Both the position numbers and the translations under genes were made by a program. Positions 36,990 to 51,789 of a DNA stretch of 64,000 nucleotides are shown here, piece after piece. The notes under the pieces are model-generated. The model was not told where the DNA came from, did no database searches, and was given only the letters and a program-made list of their open reading frames with translations. The DNA is from Azolla caroliniana (Eukaryota; Plantae; Polypodiophyta). Position 1 is the first letter of the stretch, and each line of letters starts with the position of its first letter. The stretch lies in NCBI GenBank assembly GCA_043228905.1, contig JBHGNT010000011.1, positions 19,034,001 to 19,098,000 on the forward strand, written 5' to 3'.

Positions 36990-39900
36990 CCATCCGCACA
37001 TCCCCGTGAATTGTACCACAACCATCTCCTTTTCATTTAATTTGCCTGAGCTCCTTGCCTTCTCTTGACGTAGGTTACCTACGCTTGGCCACACTCCCCC
37101 ACATATGGTAAATAGGATCATCTCCTTTTGATTGAATTTGCCTAACTTTGTCAACTTTCCTCGAGTAAGGGCAAAGTTGTTCCCATCTTTGTTGGTCACA
37201 CTTCTTGTGTACTAACATTTGCATTTGTGGATAGGGTGGATGTATTGATTTGGGCACCTTTGTCACTTTGGTACCACGCATGTTCTCATAATGATTCCAT
37301 GACACCTAAAACTTAATTATCAAGTGAATATTGGATCAAGCAACACTTGATAACTATCACGTTCTGTTATAAACATTAGGATCACAAATCAAAGTTCCCA
37401 AACAATGGCACCAATTCAATCATGTGCATTACACCTCACAAAAAAGTTGGGAAACTATCAACTAGGTTAATATAGTATTTGTAATCAAATATGTTTATAG
37501 GTTATGTCATGGATATTTCATAGAAGAGCATCGATTGATGTTGAGAAACATGGCATTGTACACTTGCCTCATTAATCCGAAATCACACTTGTTAAAATTC
37601 TACCTCTGATAAGTTACCATTACAAACTATAAATAAGCCCGTTGCATGGGAAGATCAAAATCACATAGATGATCTTAAAAGAAGATATCATATAATATGT
37701 ACACTTCTCTAGAAAAATTAATTTGTTTTGGAAAAACAATCCTTTCCCTATAGGATATATGTGTGTTTTGAAAATGAAAACTCCATCCCTAAGATTGCCG
37801 TGTTCTCAACCATTTTATTTTTATCTTTTCACATCTCATTACCATGCATGTAGTCGCCCGCCCTCTCTTTAAATTGGCCCGTGATTCTTAGAAAATGAAA
37901 ACTACCATGACAGTAAAAAAAACACGAGTTTAAATACATATATATCATGTTTGATTGTTTGTGAGTTGAAACCTTCACTTAGAATTTACATAGTCTTGGT
38001 TCTTATTGTGTAAAAAACACATTGGAATTCTTTTCTAACAGACCTTTATTTTTATCAGCACCATCAAGAACTTTGATATCCTCCTTGTTTCTCGTATCAA
38101 GTCATTCTTTAATGTATCGTGGCAAACAAGCTATCATGAACCAAAGTCTTGAGCGTGGAGAACATACACAACAATTAGCTTTGTGTACAAACTACATTTT
38201 GCTTTTTTTACTTTGAGGCTATGGTTCAACGTAATAGTACCTAACTTAATATTTAATGGAAAGCCAAGTCAATATGTTTTTGTCACTTACCTCACTATTC
38301 ACTAGACTTTTGCTATTCATGTCTAATTGGGAACAACTATGTATGTGCAATCCTATGTTGATCTCGACAACTAAGGAGTTGCAAGTTTTCGAATTTATTG
38401 AATTGCAAGTAGGAGTCATGTATGTAAAAAGGGCTAAATCCATGGTGTGATACAACTAGGTAAATTTCTCAAGCTATGAATGCAATTATCTTCATATACA
38501 CACGCATTGTGAAATTGTAGCCCAAATAGAATTAGCTATGAGAACCACGTGGATGAACATGTCAACCAAGGAAGGTAGATTTATATCCCAACGCACTCAT
38601 CAAGGATGTTTACTTCATGGCGCCATTATCCATACGACAACCTTGAACACAAAAGTCTTGCAAGTTGCAAACCAACAATAATGAAATGGGCATCCATGAT
38701 ACCACAATGAATCCATACTATAAACGAGATCAATGAAGATAAAAACACCTCATGGTTCTACAAGAAATTAGTTACATACACTCTAGATATCTCCTCCTTT
38801 TTTAAGTTATAGCTATCATCTTAAATAATTACATTAAATTCTAACTATATAATGTGAAGTTTGAACATACTTTCCTAACACTTTTGAACATTATATAAAG
38901 TTAGAGCTCGTTGGACATGGACAAGCAAGGGGCATAAAATCTCATCTATTGTCTTAATTCAAAGATTAGGTTATCGATAGAGAAACATTTGTCGTGAACT
39001 TGATGCAGATCTAAACCCAAGGCGTCAATAATCACATGCTCCATAATCAAACAATGGATATTTAGAATACAAGATTAAAACGACGACAAGAGAAAATACA
39101 AGTGTGATTTACATGTGGGTGAGATTTTGCTTCTCTTGTCGTGAACATTGTTCTATTATTCTTTTATCCATTTGTATCTCTCTATTACCTTATCTTTGTC
39201 TCTCTATTATTATCGTCTTATGTCCATTACGCACTGATTGGAGCAAAGGCTTCTTCTACTACGTGGTAGTTTAGTACTAGACTATTGCATATGGATAGGT
39301 AAATATTTTTTTAGGGCCCATACGAGGGTAGGTAGATGATGGGAGGGATAAAGAGAGGGGAGGCAACCTCAATTCAAAGCTTTATGATGCACGTCCCACG
39401 CCAACACACTCATGCATACAACACACACATGGACTGTTGAAATTCAATGTAACATATTATCTCAAACTTTGTACAATTATCCTTTCTCTTTTGTTTATGT
39501 ATCAAGTGTCAATCTACATAACTCGAATACTTTTCACTGTCGTTGACTTGACATGTATAGTAGGCTCCTCTAGCCACATGGATCGCAATATTTATGCATG
39601 TATGAATGTGCATGGTAGTAAGAGGTGTTCATGTAAAATAATATGGGTTTATATTTTTTAGACATATCATTGATAATATTGTAAATGTTTGCATCAGAAT
39701 TAAATGTGTGAAATACACAATTTGGTCAATAGACCATAGTTATTATGCAAATTAATATAGAAAAAGCTTTCAATGAGTTGATAATGTTGAGATTGGGATT
39801 TTGGCCCAAAATGTTAAATGCCATATTGGTCATACAAAGAAAGTTAAAGTTCACGTATTATTGATAGGTATCTAGTTGATTATTGGACATTATTCAAATA

Positions 39901-41150
39901 AGTAAGACAAGATTGTCCACTATGTGCCATATATATGTTATTCCCACACATTTTTTTCTTCTACACATGGACAATTTGGCTGCAATTCGCCCTTTTAAGG
40001 GTTACAAATGTCCACTCATTATCATTTCTCTTTGCAAGATTACGTGGACAATATATTTCTTTGTGTCTCATAGTGATCTCCACAATATGTGCAATGTTAT
40101 GGATGCTTTATTGCTATAGACATTGTAGTAGGGTTGCTAAACATGTGTGATTGACACCAACAGTTGTGCTTAGAAGAGGACATTAATCTAGATACAATGT
40201 TTAGACATTGGGCCATCCATTAGCATAAAACATCACAAATAACAAAATAGATGAAACATCATTGCATAAAGTAAGATGAAACGTAAGTTATTGACAATTT
40301 GCAGCATGAACACTAAATTTAAGATTGAGAACATCACACTCAACATGGTCACTTGGGAGATTTGATGTCTTCATAAATCATTCTCAACATATTGTAGACA
40401 ATTGTACTTTGGTTAGTGCATCCATTATCTCCTTTCTTGGCTCTAACTTCACAATTGTTTGGGCACTTCTCTCCGTTGAGGTGTGGCTCCTATAGGTTGA
40501 ACCCTTGTCTCTATTGAAGCCATTGCAATTGAATGAAACTCTTCATTCCATTGGTGTTGCATAACAAAACAATCATGCACCCTCTTCATTGTGGCCTAGT
40601 ATGGGTTACGATCGTCTTCCAATAGGGTTCCCAAGTTACACACACCCTTTACATCCACCTATTTAAGGAATTCAAAGAACCTTATTCCTATCTAGTATAG
40701 TTCTATCTATGGTTGAAATACACATGAACATTGTCTTCAACTCTTCAAGTTGGGTGTCACACTCATTCCCTTCCATAAGGACCCTACCCAATCCATTAGA
40801 TATTTCTTTGTTCTTTCTAGAATTGTCAATATCGTATTCTTCGAATAATGCGACTTCCAAAGTTTCCAAACTTGGGTTGACGGGTTGAAGCTCTTGGATG
40901 TGGGCTTATAGATCTTTCATCAACAATCTTACAAAATTGTTAATCTTCCTTATTTCAAAGATTCCTCTCATTTCCATTTCACCTTTATATACTTTTAGGA
41001 AACAAGAGACGTTCCTCCTATTTGCATAACTAGTTATCTCTATTGTTTTCTTCATGGTCTTGCCAAGGTCGACTACGACATCTCTCTCTTGACTGTTTTA
41101 TTCCATCGTTGTTGTCATCACCTAGGTGAAGTCATCAACTTGGTTTGACA
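36990..41150 (-). mobile_element. Decayed Ty3/gypsy gag relics (probably several)
   Basis: A degenerate zinc-knuckle-like segment near 37080-37160 and gag-like ALFEEYDIDNS...STIDRTILDRNKVL near 40670-40870, with many stops. Boundaries approximate. Confidence 0.4.
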
Positions 41151-43099
41151 AGAAACCCATCTCCTCCTACCGCTCCTTCCTGTTGTTTGCCTAAGATATC
41201 ACGAGAGTCCATTTTGGCATAGTTTCTCTTGTAGTTATCCATGGAAATGTGCATGCAAGTCAACACACAAGCATGCTCTTGAAAATCACATGAATATGTA
41301 AATATATGCTTTTTGTCATGTTTGAGAATGAATGTATACATATGAGTAGGTGTTGGTGTAGATGTGTTCATATAAAATGTATGTGTGTTATATGTTTAAT
41401 GTGTGAATATTGTATGTGTATGTATAAACGGAGTGTGAATGTGTGCATATGCGTATATGTTTCTGAAAAAACATGTGGTGGCCATGGCATTCAAATTCTT
41501 TACTTGAAATTGACATGATCATGCTTTGCTCCCATTCTAGACGACAAAATCATGACACTACATTCACACAATCTTCCATCAATTCGTTTTCCATGAATTC
41601 AATTGTATAAATGAAGTTGATTTTTTCTTCCAATGCATTTGAGCACAACTTTGTACATCAATATGTTTTTGTGGGTTTTCACCTAGTCTTCAAGTCTTCC
41701 ATTGGTAATGTAAAGCATTACCAAAGTAAACACTATCCAAAGCGTTACAATAGGATAAATAGCTCGAGGTTGTGAATGTGTCTTGCTACCTCTAGAAAAG
41801 GTTTCACATACATTGGCTCTATTACAACATTGATTTATATGTAGATGAAGGTCCAAAATATAACATATATCGATATGAGAGCTTGGATAGTAATTTTCTT
41901 ATAATATATCATGACACATTGTTCAATTAAATGCTTCTGAAGTATTTAATTGATAGTCAATGTAATCCCCAAACCAACGCTTTTCAACATTGATGTCAAT
42001 TTTAACTATGGAACTTTCACTAGAGTCCAACAATCTTATGACATCCTCGCTTGCCAGCTGGAATTTTTAATATGATTGCATGTTTATTCACAAATTACTT
42101 ACCTAAGTGCATAGTTCATGACATGGAATCACTCTCATAATTTACGATGGAAAACTCATGTGTACTTAACATAGATTCTAAAAGTGTTTGGCAACACTTT
42201 TGTACATTGAAAGTGTCATTGTTGATGTATTATGTAAACATTCCACTTTTCAACATAATTCCTAATTTATAGGTATAGATGACATGGCCGAGAAGAGAGT
42301 GCATAAAACGAGTCGCTTACTTTTGTTTTTACCCAAAAAAGTGTTTCCAAATATATGTGATGTATGTTTACGTGATGGAGTATAATGTAATGTGTGTCTG
42401 TATATGTTTAATTGCATGCGCATTATCTATTCTCCATGCAATAGTTATAATATGAAATTCACAAACACCCATGCAACATTATTAAGTTTTTTATCTGAGC
42501 TTGAGTTCCTCGAGAAGGTTCATCCCATTATAGTATGAGGCTTTTTAACCATGTACATTTATAACCCAACTTGGTATGAGGTTTGGATGCGGCATGCCCT
42601 CTAAGAAAAGGAGATTATCACGTTTGGCCCTCATAAATTTATATACACTCATAACATATCTTTACTAGGATTTCTAAATGGAGTTGAATTCCTCAAGTAG
42701 GTTTGACTAAGTTGGTCTAGGGTCTTGGGTGACCTCAAGGATCAAGTGATCAATACTTCAAGCCCTTAGAAGCATTATAACTAAGACTAGTGCCACATTC
42801 TTTTCCGTATTCCCTTTGTTATTAATTGCTTCTTGTACACCGTACTTTTCCTTACATACATACACTTCAATGGAGTTATAATTGTATACCAAAGTTGTTC
42901 GTTGAGGCCATATTGACATCCTAATACATACATGTGACATGAGTAGGAATGAATGTTGATTGTTTTATAAGCCTACTAACATTAGTTATAATAACTAAAG
43001 TGAATCTTAATTTGACCACTCCCAATGTTAACCTAACAAAGAAATGTACTTAACACTTGAATTAAAGGGCATGAAAGACCACACATAGGGACAAAACAC

Positions 43100-44220
43100 A
43101 CTTTGACCAAGCCTTAATCAACCATGCTCGATACAAGAAGCTTAAGCACTTAAAAGTGAAGACTTGCAACATGGTGTATATTGAACACACAATTTAGGTA
43201 TTGATGTACATGCCCATAGTTGTGATGTGGCCAATCCAATGGCAGAAAATAAAGAATAAGGGGGAAAGAGGAAAGCCCCAAAAGGTAAATAAGTATGAAA
43301 AGAAAATAATAACAAAAAAATTATTGCCAAATGGTTAAGGCTATAAATTATGGGAGAAAGGGTACAAAGTTTGAGTCTTAGGGTTTTCTACTCCCTAAGT
43401 GTTATAGACTTCCCACATCCACTTGGGTGGTCATAATTTTTTTCTGACCACTCAATTTTGTTAGAAATCTGCCTATAAAATATTCCTTTGTCCCATATGC
43501 CATGAAACTCCGATCGTTGTAACTCTGCTTGTTGCGTATTACCTTTTGTGTTATCTAAAGAACTTATAAGATTTTTGCACAATCTCTATCCAAATACCTA
43601 TAAATTATTTGGTCAAGGCAATGTGAGAACCTTAGCTCTCCTAATTGTGTAGAATGCCCACATGCATTAGAATCAATACGACATGCTCTGTGGGATTGCC
43701 CAACGTCCCATCGAATATGGCAAGGGGTTGGCCGCTTGTTGCAATTATGCTAGGTGCAAGGCTCAATCAAGTGGGGAAATATATGTTGGCTATCATGGCA
43801 GACTGCAGTTGGTAGATATGAGCATTAGGAGGAGGGGATGACTTTGGTGATAAAAGCACAAGAGGTCTCAAGAGGTGTTGGAATTGATCAGTCCAATAAC
43901 TCTTTGGATAACGATGTAGACGAGTCTTCGCCAACCAAATCGCACATCCAACAAGGTTATTGCAAGAGATATGGAGTGAAATTGTAGCCACTCTAAAGAG
44001 CCAATACGATGGCCTCAAGGGCGGATTTGATGGAGTTGAAAGACAACAAATAGCCTTTATCCAACAATCGTCGTCCTCTCCCTTTCTTGAGTCAGTGGGC
44101 ATCCACATAAGATGGAACTATCGCGTCCCTACAGGGATTTGTACATAATCCTCTCATTTGTAAAATTTTATAACTAATGGAAGGAGTTTTTTTTGGAAAA
44201 AAAAAAAAGAAATAAAGAAA
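43100..44220 (+). mobile_element. L1-like LINE 3' fragment with A-rich tail
   Basis: zf-RVT-type CCHC NCVECPHALESIRHALWDC at ~43644-43700, C-terminal ...EIWSEIVATLKSQY...WNYRVP, then an A-run at ~44197-44220. Confidence 0.68.
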
Positions 44221-44546
44221 TTTGGCCAGACCTGTTGGTAACATTTCTAAATACCTTCAAAGATTTGTCCTTGTAAATATACGAAATTGTGATACTACTT
44301 ATCAATTTCCATATTTAGGTTTACCAATCTTTATTTATGGATTCAAGGTATATTTTCTTTTTGCATTAGACCGGGTCTAATATAAAGAGCATTTGCAACA
44401 TCCTCTTGTTCATATGATGTTGGTTGACCTTTACCACACCCCATGTATACACCGCTCGAGGATATACTGGTATTAATAATGTTATGATTCTTTTCCATAT
44501 TTCCATCACAACTCCACAAACAATGCTCAGTAGTCTCCACTACATT

Positions 44547-44983
44547 TAACAATCGGCAATGGTTCGGTTCGGTTCGAGAGGGTCAAAATCAAACCTTTAA
44601 ATTTTTTTGAAATTGTTAAACCGAACCATTAAAAGAATTTCAAACCATTAAGCCATTAAACCGTTAAAACCGCGGTTTCATTGTTCGGTTTCAGTTTTCA
44701 ACTTAGGTCAGAATTCAAAATTCAAAATTCAAAATTTTAAAAATGGTAAATTTTTTCCAAAATGTGAGAATAAGGCATGAAACTGAAAAGATTGTTTAAA
44801 AATAGTTTTTAAATTAAAAAATAAATAATAAATAACGTTAAACCATTTTAACCGCAGTTTCTAACAGTTCAAACCGAACCGAATCATTAAAAAAAAACCC
44901 GAAAATGGAATTGAACCAAACCATTTAAATTGTTAAGCCACAATTTCACGTTTCGGTTCAAACCGAACCATTGCTGATTGTTA
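44547..44983 (-). mobile_element. Non-autonomous hAT-type MITE, copy 2, inverted relative to copy 1
   Basis: TIRs TAACAATCGGCAATGGTTCGGTT...AACCGAACCATTGCTGATTGTTA. 8-bp TSD ACTACATT at 44539-44546 and 44984-44991. The interior is reverse-complement similar to 9249-9699. Confidence 0.88.
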
Positions 44984-46214
44984 ACTACATTTGTAAAAAA
45001 AGGACACGTATTGTCTGCATTCACCCCTTTTCTACACCCATTAAGTGGTACCTTACCTAACAAATAGCAAACATTGGTACAATTGATCGAAGGCCCTAGT
45101 CTAGGAAGAAGAAGAAGCTCAAATCATACTCATAAATGATCAAATAACCAAGCCAGAAACTCAAAATGTTTGACAAATTAGTGGTTCACTTTGGTTCCAT
45201 CACAGTGTGTTTGAATCTCTTATCTTATGCATTTGCTCTTTGTTTTGTCGGATATGTTAGATATAATCAATTATCAACCCCAATGTCTCCATTTTTTCCC
45301 ACATGTATTCTTATAGTGCACATTTTGTGATAACTCTAACGTGCTCTTTTCTTGACCATGGTCCACAATTAATTTAAATGAGAATTTGCACAAGATATTT
45401 GAAGTATAAATGATATTAAATTTTTTATTAGTACGCCCTCTTGATTCACAACCCCGACCTCTCTTCAGATTCCACAATAGTTTTGCCTTTTTTATGATTC
45501 GATAGGCTCTCTCACCCCCCCCGCCCCCCCACCACTTGCATGCTCATCTTCTCTATCATAACCTGCACCTTTGCATTCATTCATTACTTAATCTCCTATG
45601 GAGTCCAAGTTAGACTCAAAACCTTAACCTCCCACTCATAGTTCAAGCTCTTACTAATTGAGCTAAGACTTTTTAACACACCCTTGCTCTATCATTCAAC
45701 CTTTATGATATTCCTAGTTTAACTTATTTCATCCTATATGCTTCCCACATCACGACGACATTACACTACTTCAACTCTTGGAAAATTGGGTGTGAGTTAG
45801 GGTAGGGTGACAAACCCATACAAGCAATATCCAACAATAAAGAATAAGAACACCCACCCAACACACAATTGTCTGTCTTGCTCAAGATTGTTCAAACTCA
45901 CTTATTAGTATAGAGACAAGAAGTTGTCATCTAACCACCCAAGACCTTATGCCACATTCATGTCACTAGGCATAAACCATGTATGAAAAAGCCCAAAGAG
46001 AGGTAAAGTTGTAAGTTCCCACAAACTCCTATTTCAACAATCTTAGGCCGTATTACTTCTCCGAGATGTGGGTGTGAATTCTGACCAAGGTAGCGAGCAA
46101 TGCATTACGAAAAGGCATCTCCTACAATAAGGAAGGGGCGACACAAAATCTGGGACTGCCAGACTCAACGTTCGACGTAGGAGTCTTGCTCGAGATGGTT
46201 TTTTGGCCACATGC

Positions 46215-46340
46215 ATATTGGGCCTTTAGCTGGGGGAGAGTTGAGGTCCGTGATTACACACGTTGCTTTGCGTATGATGGTATTGCCCACATGGACACCC
46301 ATAGGTGTGAACATGGATGGGAGGCCATTATGAAGCCCAT
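46215..46340 (+). promoter_or_regulatory. Site II-like motifs upstream of RPL9, with a telo box (TAGGGTTT, 46755-46762) in intron 1
   Basis: TTGGGCC near 46219 and AGCCCA near 46334. Site II plus telo box is a known combination at plant ribosomal protein genes. The motifs are short and could be chance. Confidence 0.4.
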
Positions 46341-46503
46341 TTGGGTGGACATTTATTAAGCTTCTTTCTCGAGATAAAAGAACAAATAATACAGGAACCG
46401 CAATTTCTGTCCTTCCCTACGAGAAGTGTCTCTCACCTTATCCATAGCTTGCCATAATCTGCGTTGGGACACTCCTCTCTGTCTCTCTGAGTTTTCTTTA
46501 CCC

Positions 46504-49500
46504 ATGGCGGGACTCGCTTCCGCGCCTTGCCTCTCCTCCTCTGCTGCTTCTCTTCAAGGATCACCTCTTCTCCAGGTAAATAAATAAACCCATATATTCT
46601 TCGGAGGTTGTGAAGCCATTTTGTTTTTCGTAAATTGAATGTGATTCTTATGTGTATAGTTTACGACGTGGATTTTCTAGGGTTCTAAAGAACTCTTCCG
46701 ACAGGTTTGTTATCATAAAACACGTAATGATTGCAAGAATTTGAGATCCAAACTTAGGGTTTGAGAACATTTTTTTCCTCATAGTTTGAATGTAATCGTT
46801 ATCATGAGTCATGCGCATAACATTATGAAATGGAAGCCCAATTTTGGTTTTCATATAAATTTGAGAGAGAATACGTTATGAATCATGTATTAATAATATG
46901 GGTTTGGACCCCACGTTAGTGGTGTATAAATCAATTTCCATTTCCATAGATCAATGGATTCTTTTTGTAAATAATGTATGTATAATAGCATGAAATTGAA
47001 GCTCAGTTTAATTGATGAGAGGCGGCTCCTGCTAAAGTCAATGTTGTTTTAGATGCAAAGAAAAAGAGGATACACTACTTTCCTTCTTCTTGAGTTATCA
47101 CAAATATATTACATCCTTCATTCGTATGGATTGGTAGGATGCTATTATGTGGAAAATAGAACTACGTTTTTTAAAATATAAAAAGGGCTATAGTGTGGAA
47201 ACTGACCTCGGGTGGTCTGTTGGTATACAAAAGGCTATCGTTTGAAAAAGTTCTAAGGTTTATTGGTATGTTAGGGGAAAGAGGATTTGAACTCTTGATA
47301 CCTGAGTGCACAGGTAACTATATTGCCAACTTGTATTTGAGTTGTATTCATGAGTATTTTGTATATTCAACTAGGAAAGGCCAATTAAGAGATGTGAGAC
47401 ATGGAATCACCCTATTAAGATTACAAAGATAAGGGTGGATAGGTGGCACAATGCGACATCACTATTGTATTGTATATAACAGGCTTGCACATTGCATTTG
47501 TTAAGAAATGATTAGTAGTCATTTCATTTTGATACATTACTTTCTATATAACAATATTACTAATATCAGCCCGCAAGCCTAACCCTCACTATATAACCTT
47601 AGAAGCCTGTGCGAGAAACACAACTTCGTGTTTGTAACCTTCAACGGTGCTCTTTCAAGATTTAATGTTTATTTTTTTAGTCAAAGTAGTTTTTTTCGTT
47701 TTTCTACTTCATAATCTACCTAAGATTCAGCTTGGTTCAGAAGTCATGGAAGGAAGCATTAGGAATGGGCCCGATCCTGACATAGTGGCAAAGGGTTGGC
47801 TGCAAGTAAAATTAGGGACAGTAGCTTAGGCTTTGAAACAGTAAATTATTTGATCCAAAGTTGTTTCGTGACAAACAAATCCTTCATATATTTTTAACCA
47901 GTGATCCCAATCCCAGGTAAAGATTTTTCTAGGTATCCTCTTTTAGTCATTGATTCCCTGTGAACACTACTAATGTTTAATATTCTCTAATACAATTTTG
48001 CAAGAGAGGTGTAATTGGACCTTGGTTTTGTAGCAGCAATTTAAATATTCTTGCTCAAAAGAGGTTTTTCCTTATATGGTGTTTCAAATCTTTGCAATAA
48101 GCCTATCCCCACTAACATGTCCATAGCCATACAGATTTAGCTTATAGTATCCAGACTAGTGTGAAAGCCCCATAACAAGAATTGGATCTCCAACAAGTTA
48201 ATGCAGTTGGAGGGAAGTTAACGAGTTATATGGGGGCACATAGAGTGCATACACTCTTATTGTCACAACCTATTATCTTAGTAGCAATAGGTTTGAATAA
48301 TGGATGAGGAATTTAGGAGTTTCAATGCTTTTCTTGAAAGTAAAAAAAAAAAGGCTATTCAAAAACATTGCATCGTAATTCATTGGCCTTCCTTTTCACA
48401 GCCTGGATCATTTAACTTGTCTTCTAATATTGGTGATGTTCAAAAAAGGTTCGAGATAGTAGCCCAGAAGAAAACACAGAAGAGGTTTCAGGTGACTTTT
48501 GTTTTTCTGAGAACATATAAAAAGGTCTCATGACTAGCCAGATTTTTTTATTCTTGAATAACTCATTGAGCTTTGTGACTTTGTTATTAGATTGTTTTGA
48601 AAGAGGATGTCACATACCTTGGTAAGACGGGCGACCTTTTGGCTGTGAAGCCTGGATATTTCCGGAACTTTCTTTATCCATATGGCAAAGCACAAGTTGC
48701 CACACCAGAGTTTCTCAAGTAAGTCTATGAACAAGAAAGTATATTGATATAATATTCCCTATACTACTATTATGTATTAGTATTTAGTTGTTTATTCAAA
48801 AGTTGCATATCTTATGATTTTTATCAGACAAATCAGGCTTGAACAAGAAAAGAAAGAAGCTGAAAAACGGAAAGTAAGTACCTTTAGGTTGTATTTTATG
48901 TGAACTCTATGATGATCTCTTTTTACAGTAGTTCGAAACATTGAAAGAGCGTGAATGCTTATTGTATGTAATACAAGGTGGAACCAACCTGTAGTGTGTG
49001 TGATCTTCCCGTGTCCAGCTTAATGTGAAAGTCCCCTTCCCCCCCATCCCCCCCCCCACACCCCCTAGTACTAAGAGGTCCATCCATGTAAAGATGCATC
49101 CAAATGCTACAGATCCAAGCTTTTATTAGTAGGAGGTCTTTTACACTAGGATGGACACCGTTGGCATCCACATGATGTTGAGGGGAATAATAAACAACAT
49201 GAGTATTTGTTGAGACCCTTGTGTTCATCATCATTTCCCAAGGACCATGGGTTTGTGAAATATTTACGGAATTTTCATTAATCCATGAAATTATTATGTA
49301 TACAGATTAAAGAAGATGCTGAGTCTGATGCTCTCATGTTTAAGACGATTGGCGTCTTCAATTGTCGTCGGAAGATTGGAAAGGGAAAGCAAATTTTCGG
49401 GACGTAAGGCTGTCAGTTATGAAACTTTACGTTTTCATGTAATGTAACTGTCAGAAAATTTACTATCTTTTTGTTGCCCATTTGACAGTGTCACATCACA

Positions 49501-49788
49501 AGACTTGGTCGATATAATCCAATCACAAACAAATAGGTACATGCTCTTTTTCTTTCGAGATATCATTGTTAGATGCCAATGTTTGTAATATTGTGTTCTT
49601 TGCAAACATTGGAATTTTCTTGCTCATCAAATTTTTTATATCTTCTTGTTTATGAACAAAATGTTAGGGTTTTTGACAAGAGGGATGTGACATTACCTGA
49701 GATAAGGGAGATTGGGGAGTATATAGCAGAGATAAAGTTGCATCCAGAAGTTACAGCCACTGTGAGGCTAAATGTGATACCTAATTAA
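46504..49788 (+). CDS. RPL9: Plastid 50S ribosomal protein L9; 7 exons, 200 aa
   Basis: Exons 46504-46575, 48402-48491, 48591-48718, 48828-48873, 49306-49403, 49489-49536, 49668-49788 total 603 nt in frame. Motifs [47 protein letters not shown] and [25 protein letters not shown]. Confidence 0.95.
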
Positions 49789-51789
49789 GCTTCTACTTTT
49801 ATCTCATAGAGCGATACAATTTGCACCATCTTATTTCAGATCAAGATTAACCTTATTGGCCTTCTCAAAGTATATTCCCAGACAGCTTTGAGCAAGAGAC
49901 TAGTTTTGAATCATTACTGACCTTCTATTTCAAGGCCTTGTCCGTTCTCTTTTTTTGCTCCTTTTCCTCGGTAAGGACAAGACAAAGTCTCTTGGTTTCG
50001 TTCATGTTACCAAATCTTGAATTTGGATACAGTGGATAGATAAATTACTCTTATTAAGAGTTTTGTGTTGCGTTGTACGTAATGTTTGAAGAGTTTTTAT
50101 GCAATTGAACAATGCTGAGGTGATCATTTCTCCTTACTGAGTAAAGATTTTATCAATAGATATCCAAATATTGATTGGCCTTGCAATTTTGGATTGTCCC
50201 ACCTTTTGAAGTATTTCTCTTAGTTTTGTCTCTATTCATGAATAAGTATCTTCTAGCTTCAATTCTTTGATAAATGGCTTCACGGGACTCTCATTAGTAC
50301 ACCATTGGAACAGTTTAAACTTGTCTCAATTTTCATGCATGCAGCCAATGTTAGATTGGAAATATTTCAATACTTTTATGGCTTTAATGCTCTTTTGTCT
50401 AGCTTGAGTGTCCAAGCAAAACATATGTATATGTAGTGTGCTTCTCAACTATCCTACGAAGTGCATGCATTGCACGTATATGTACCCCCAATAAAGGTAT
50501 GATCTTATGAATGTGTAGTTGGTGTCTTTTGCCAATGGTCAAATTCCTGCTACCTACTTCACATTGGACATGCATGTATTTTTTGAGCTTGATGTGCTTG
50601 CCTTGTTATATATGCATTTAAATTCCTTCAAACTGCTACCATATCCCACTCTATTTTGAGTTCACTGTGTGTGATCAATTTGTTGTTATTAGGTTGTTTT
50701 ATTATTATTTTGGGGATTCCAAATCTTGTAATAACTAAGATGAATATGATGAGTACAAAAAATATAACTTAAAAACTTAATCATGAGATCGTTGTACCTT
50801 GTGGATAAAGACTTGGATTTAGATCATAAAGGCTTTGAGTCGAGTTTAGAAATCTATTGTGATTAGAGATTGGAAGAATGTTGTATTAGTAGAAGCAAGA
50901 TTGCTTGACATTAATCAAGGACATAAGTGACATGATATGAACATCAAATTGATTGCCAATGTGGAACTAAGGAAATTTGTTGATCGAGGAATTATGATAA
51001 ATGCCAAGTAGCAAACTTAGATTAGTACATGGGTTAATTTTTGTTATTAACAATCAAATATATTATAAGAAACTCGGTGAGAGGTTTAATATTTAGTTCT
51101 CATTATACACTTCCGCTTTGTATACCTTACTATTTGCTTAAAAGCACATAAGATAGAGCTTTTATTTGTATCATTCCCTCTAATGTATTTAGATTTTTAA
51201 AGAAAGAAAGAAAGTTATATTTACGTCTTCTAAGACCAAATTTGGTAGTATAATGAAATGTATAAAGAGAGTTTGTCTAAACTCAAACCAAGTACCTCTT
51301 TGTTAAATGTCATTAACCATACCATTAAATATAATCAATGATACTGCAAAAATTAATATGAATTATATTCTATGTTTATTTGATATTAAGATTCTTCTCA
51401 ATATATATAATGCTTTCTCGATCTTCTAGTAAAAATATAGCCAATACTATTATTAGAGCAACGTTTTACTAAGTTTTTTGTCATAGATTGATTGCAACAT
51501 GACCAAAAAAGGAAACTAGTGAAGAACTAATGATATTTCTCTCGTGAATTATACAAAACCAAGTTTAAAATGACTAGGACATTCTAATCCAACATCTTAT
51601 CATCTTGATCATGTCGTAAAGTTCTTTATTTAAAATAAAATTTGGGTGATATTTGTATTGTTATAGGAACTACAAATATTGGTGATGGTTTGAAATCTCA
51701 TTAAAAAACCAATTATTTAAGGCCATTAGCGTGCTTGATATTGATTATAGTATAAATAAATTAATAATAACGTAGAAAGGTGCTGATAT

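Noticed and set aside
13219-49788. Functional cluster of plastid/transport genes (GPT, CLC-f, RPL9)
   Set aside because: Unrelated housekeeping genes separated by TE relics, with no shared pathway or regulatory evidence.
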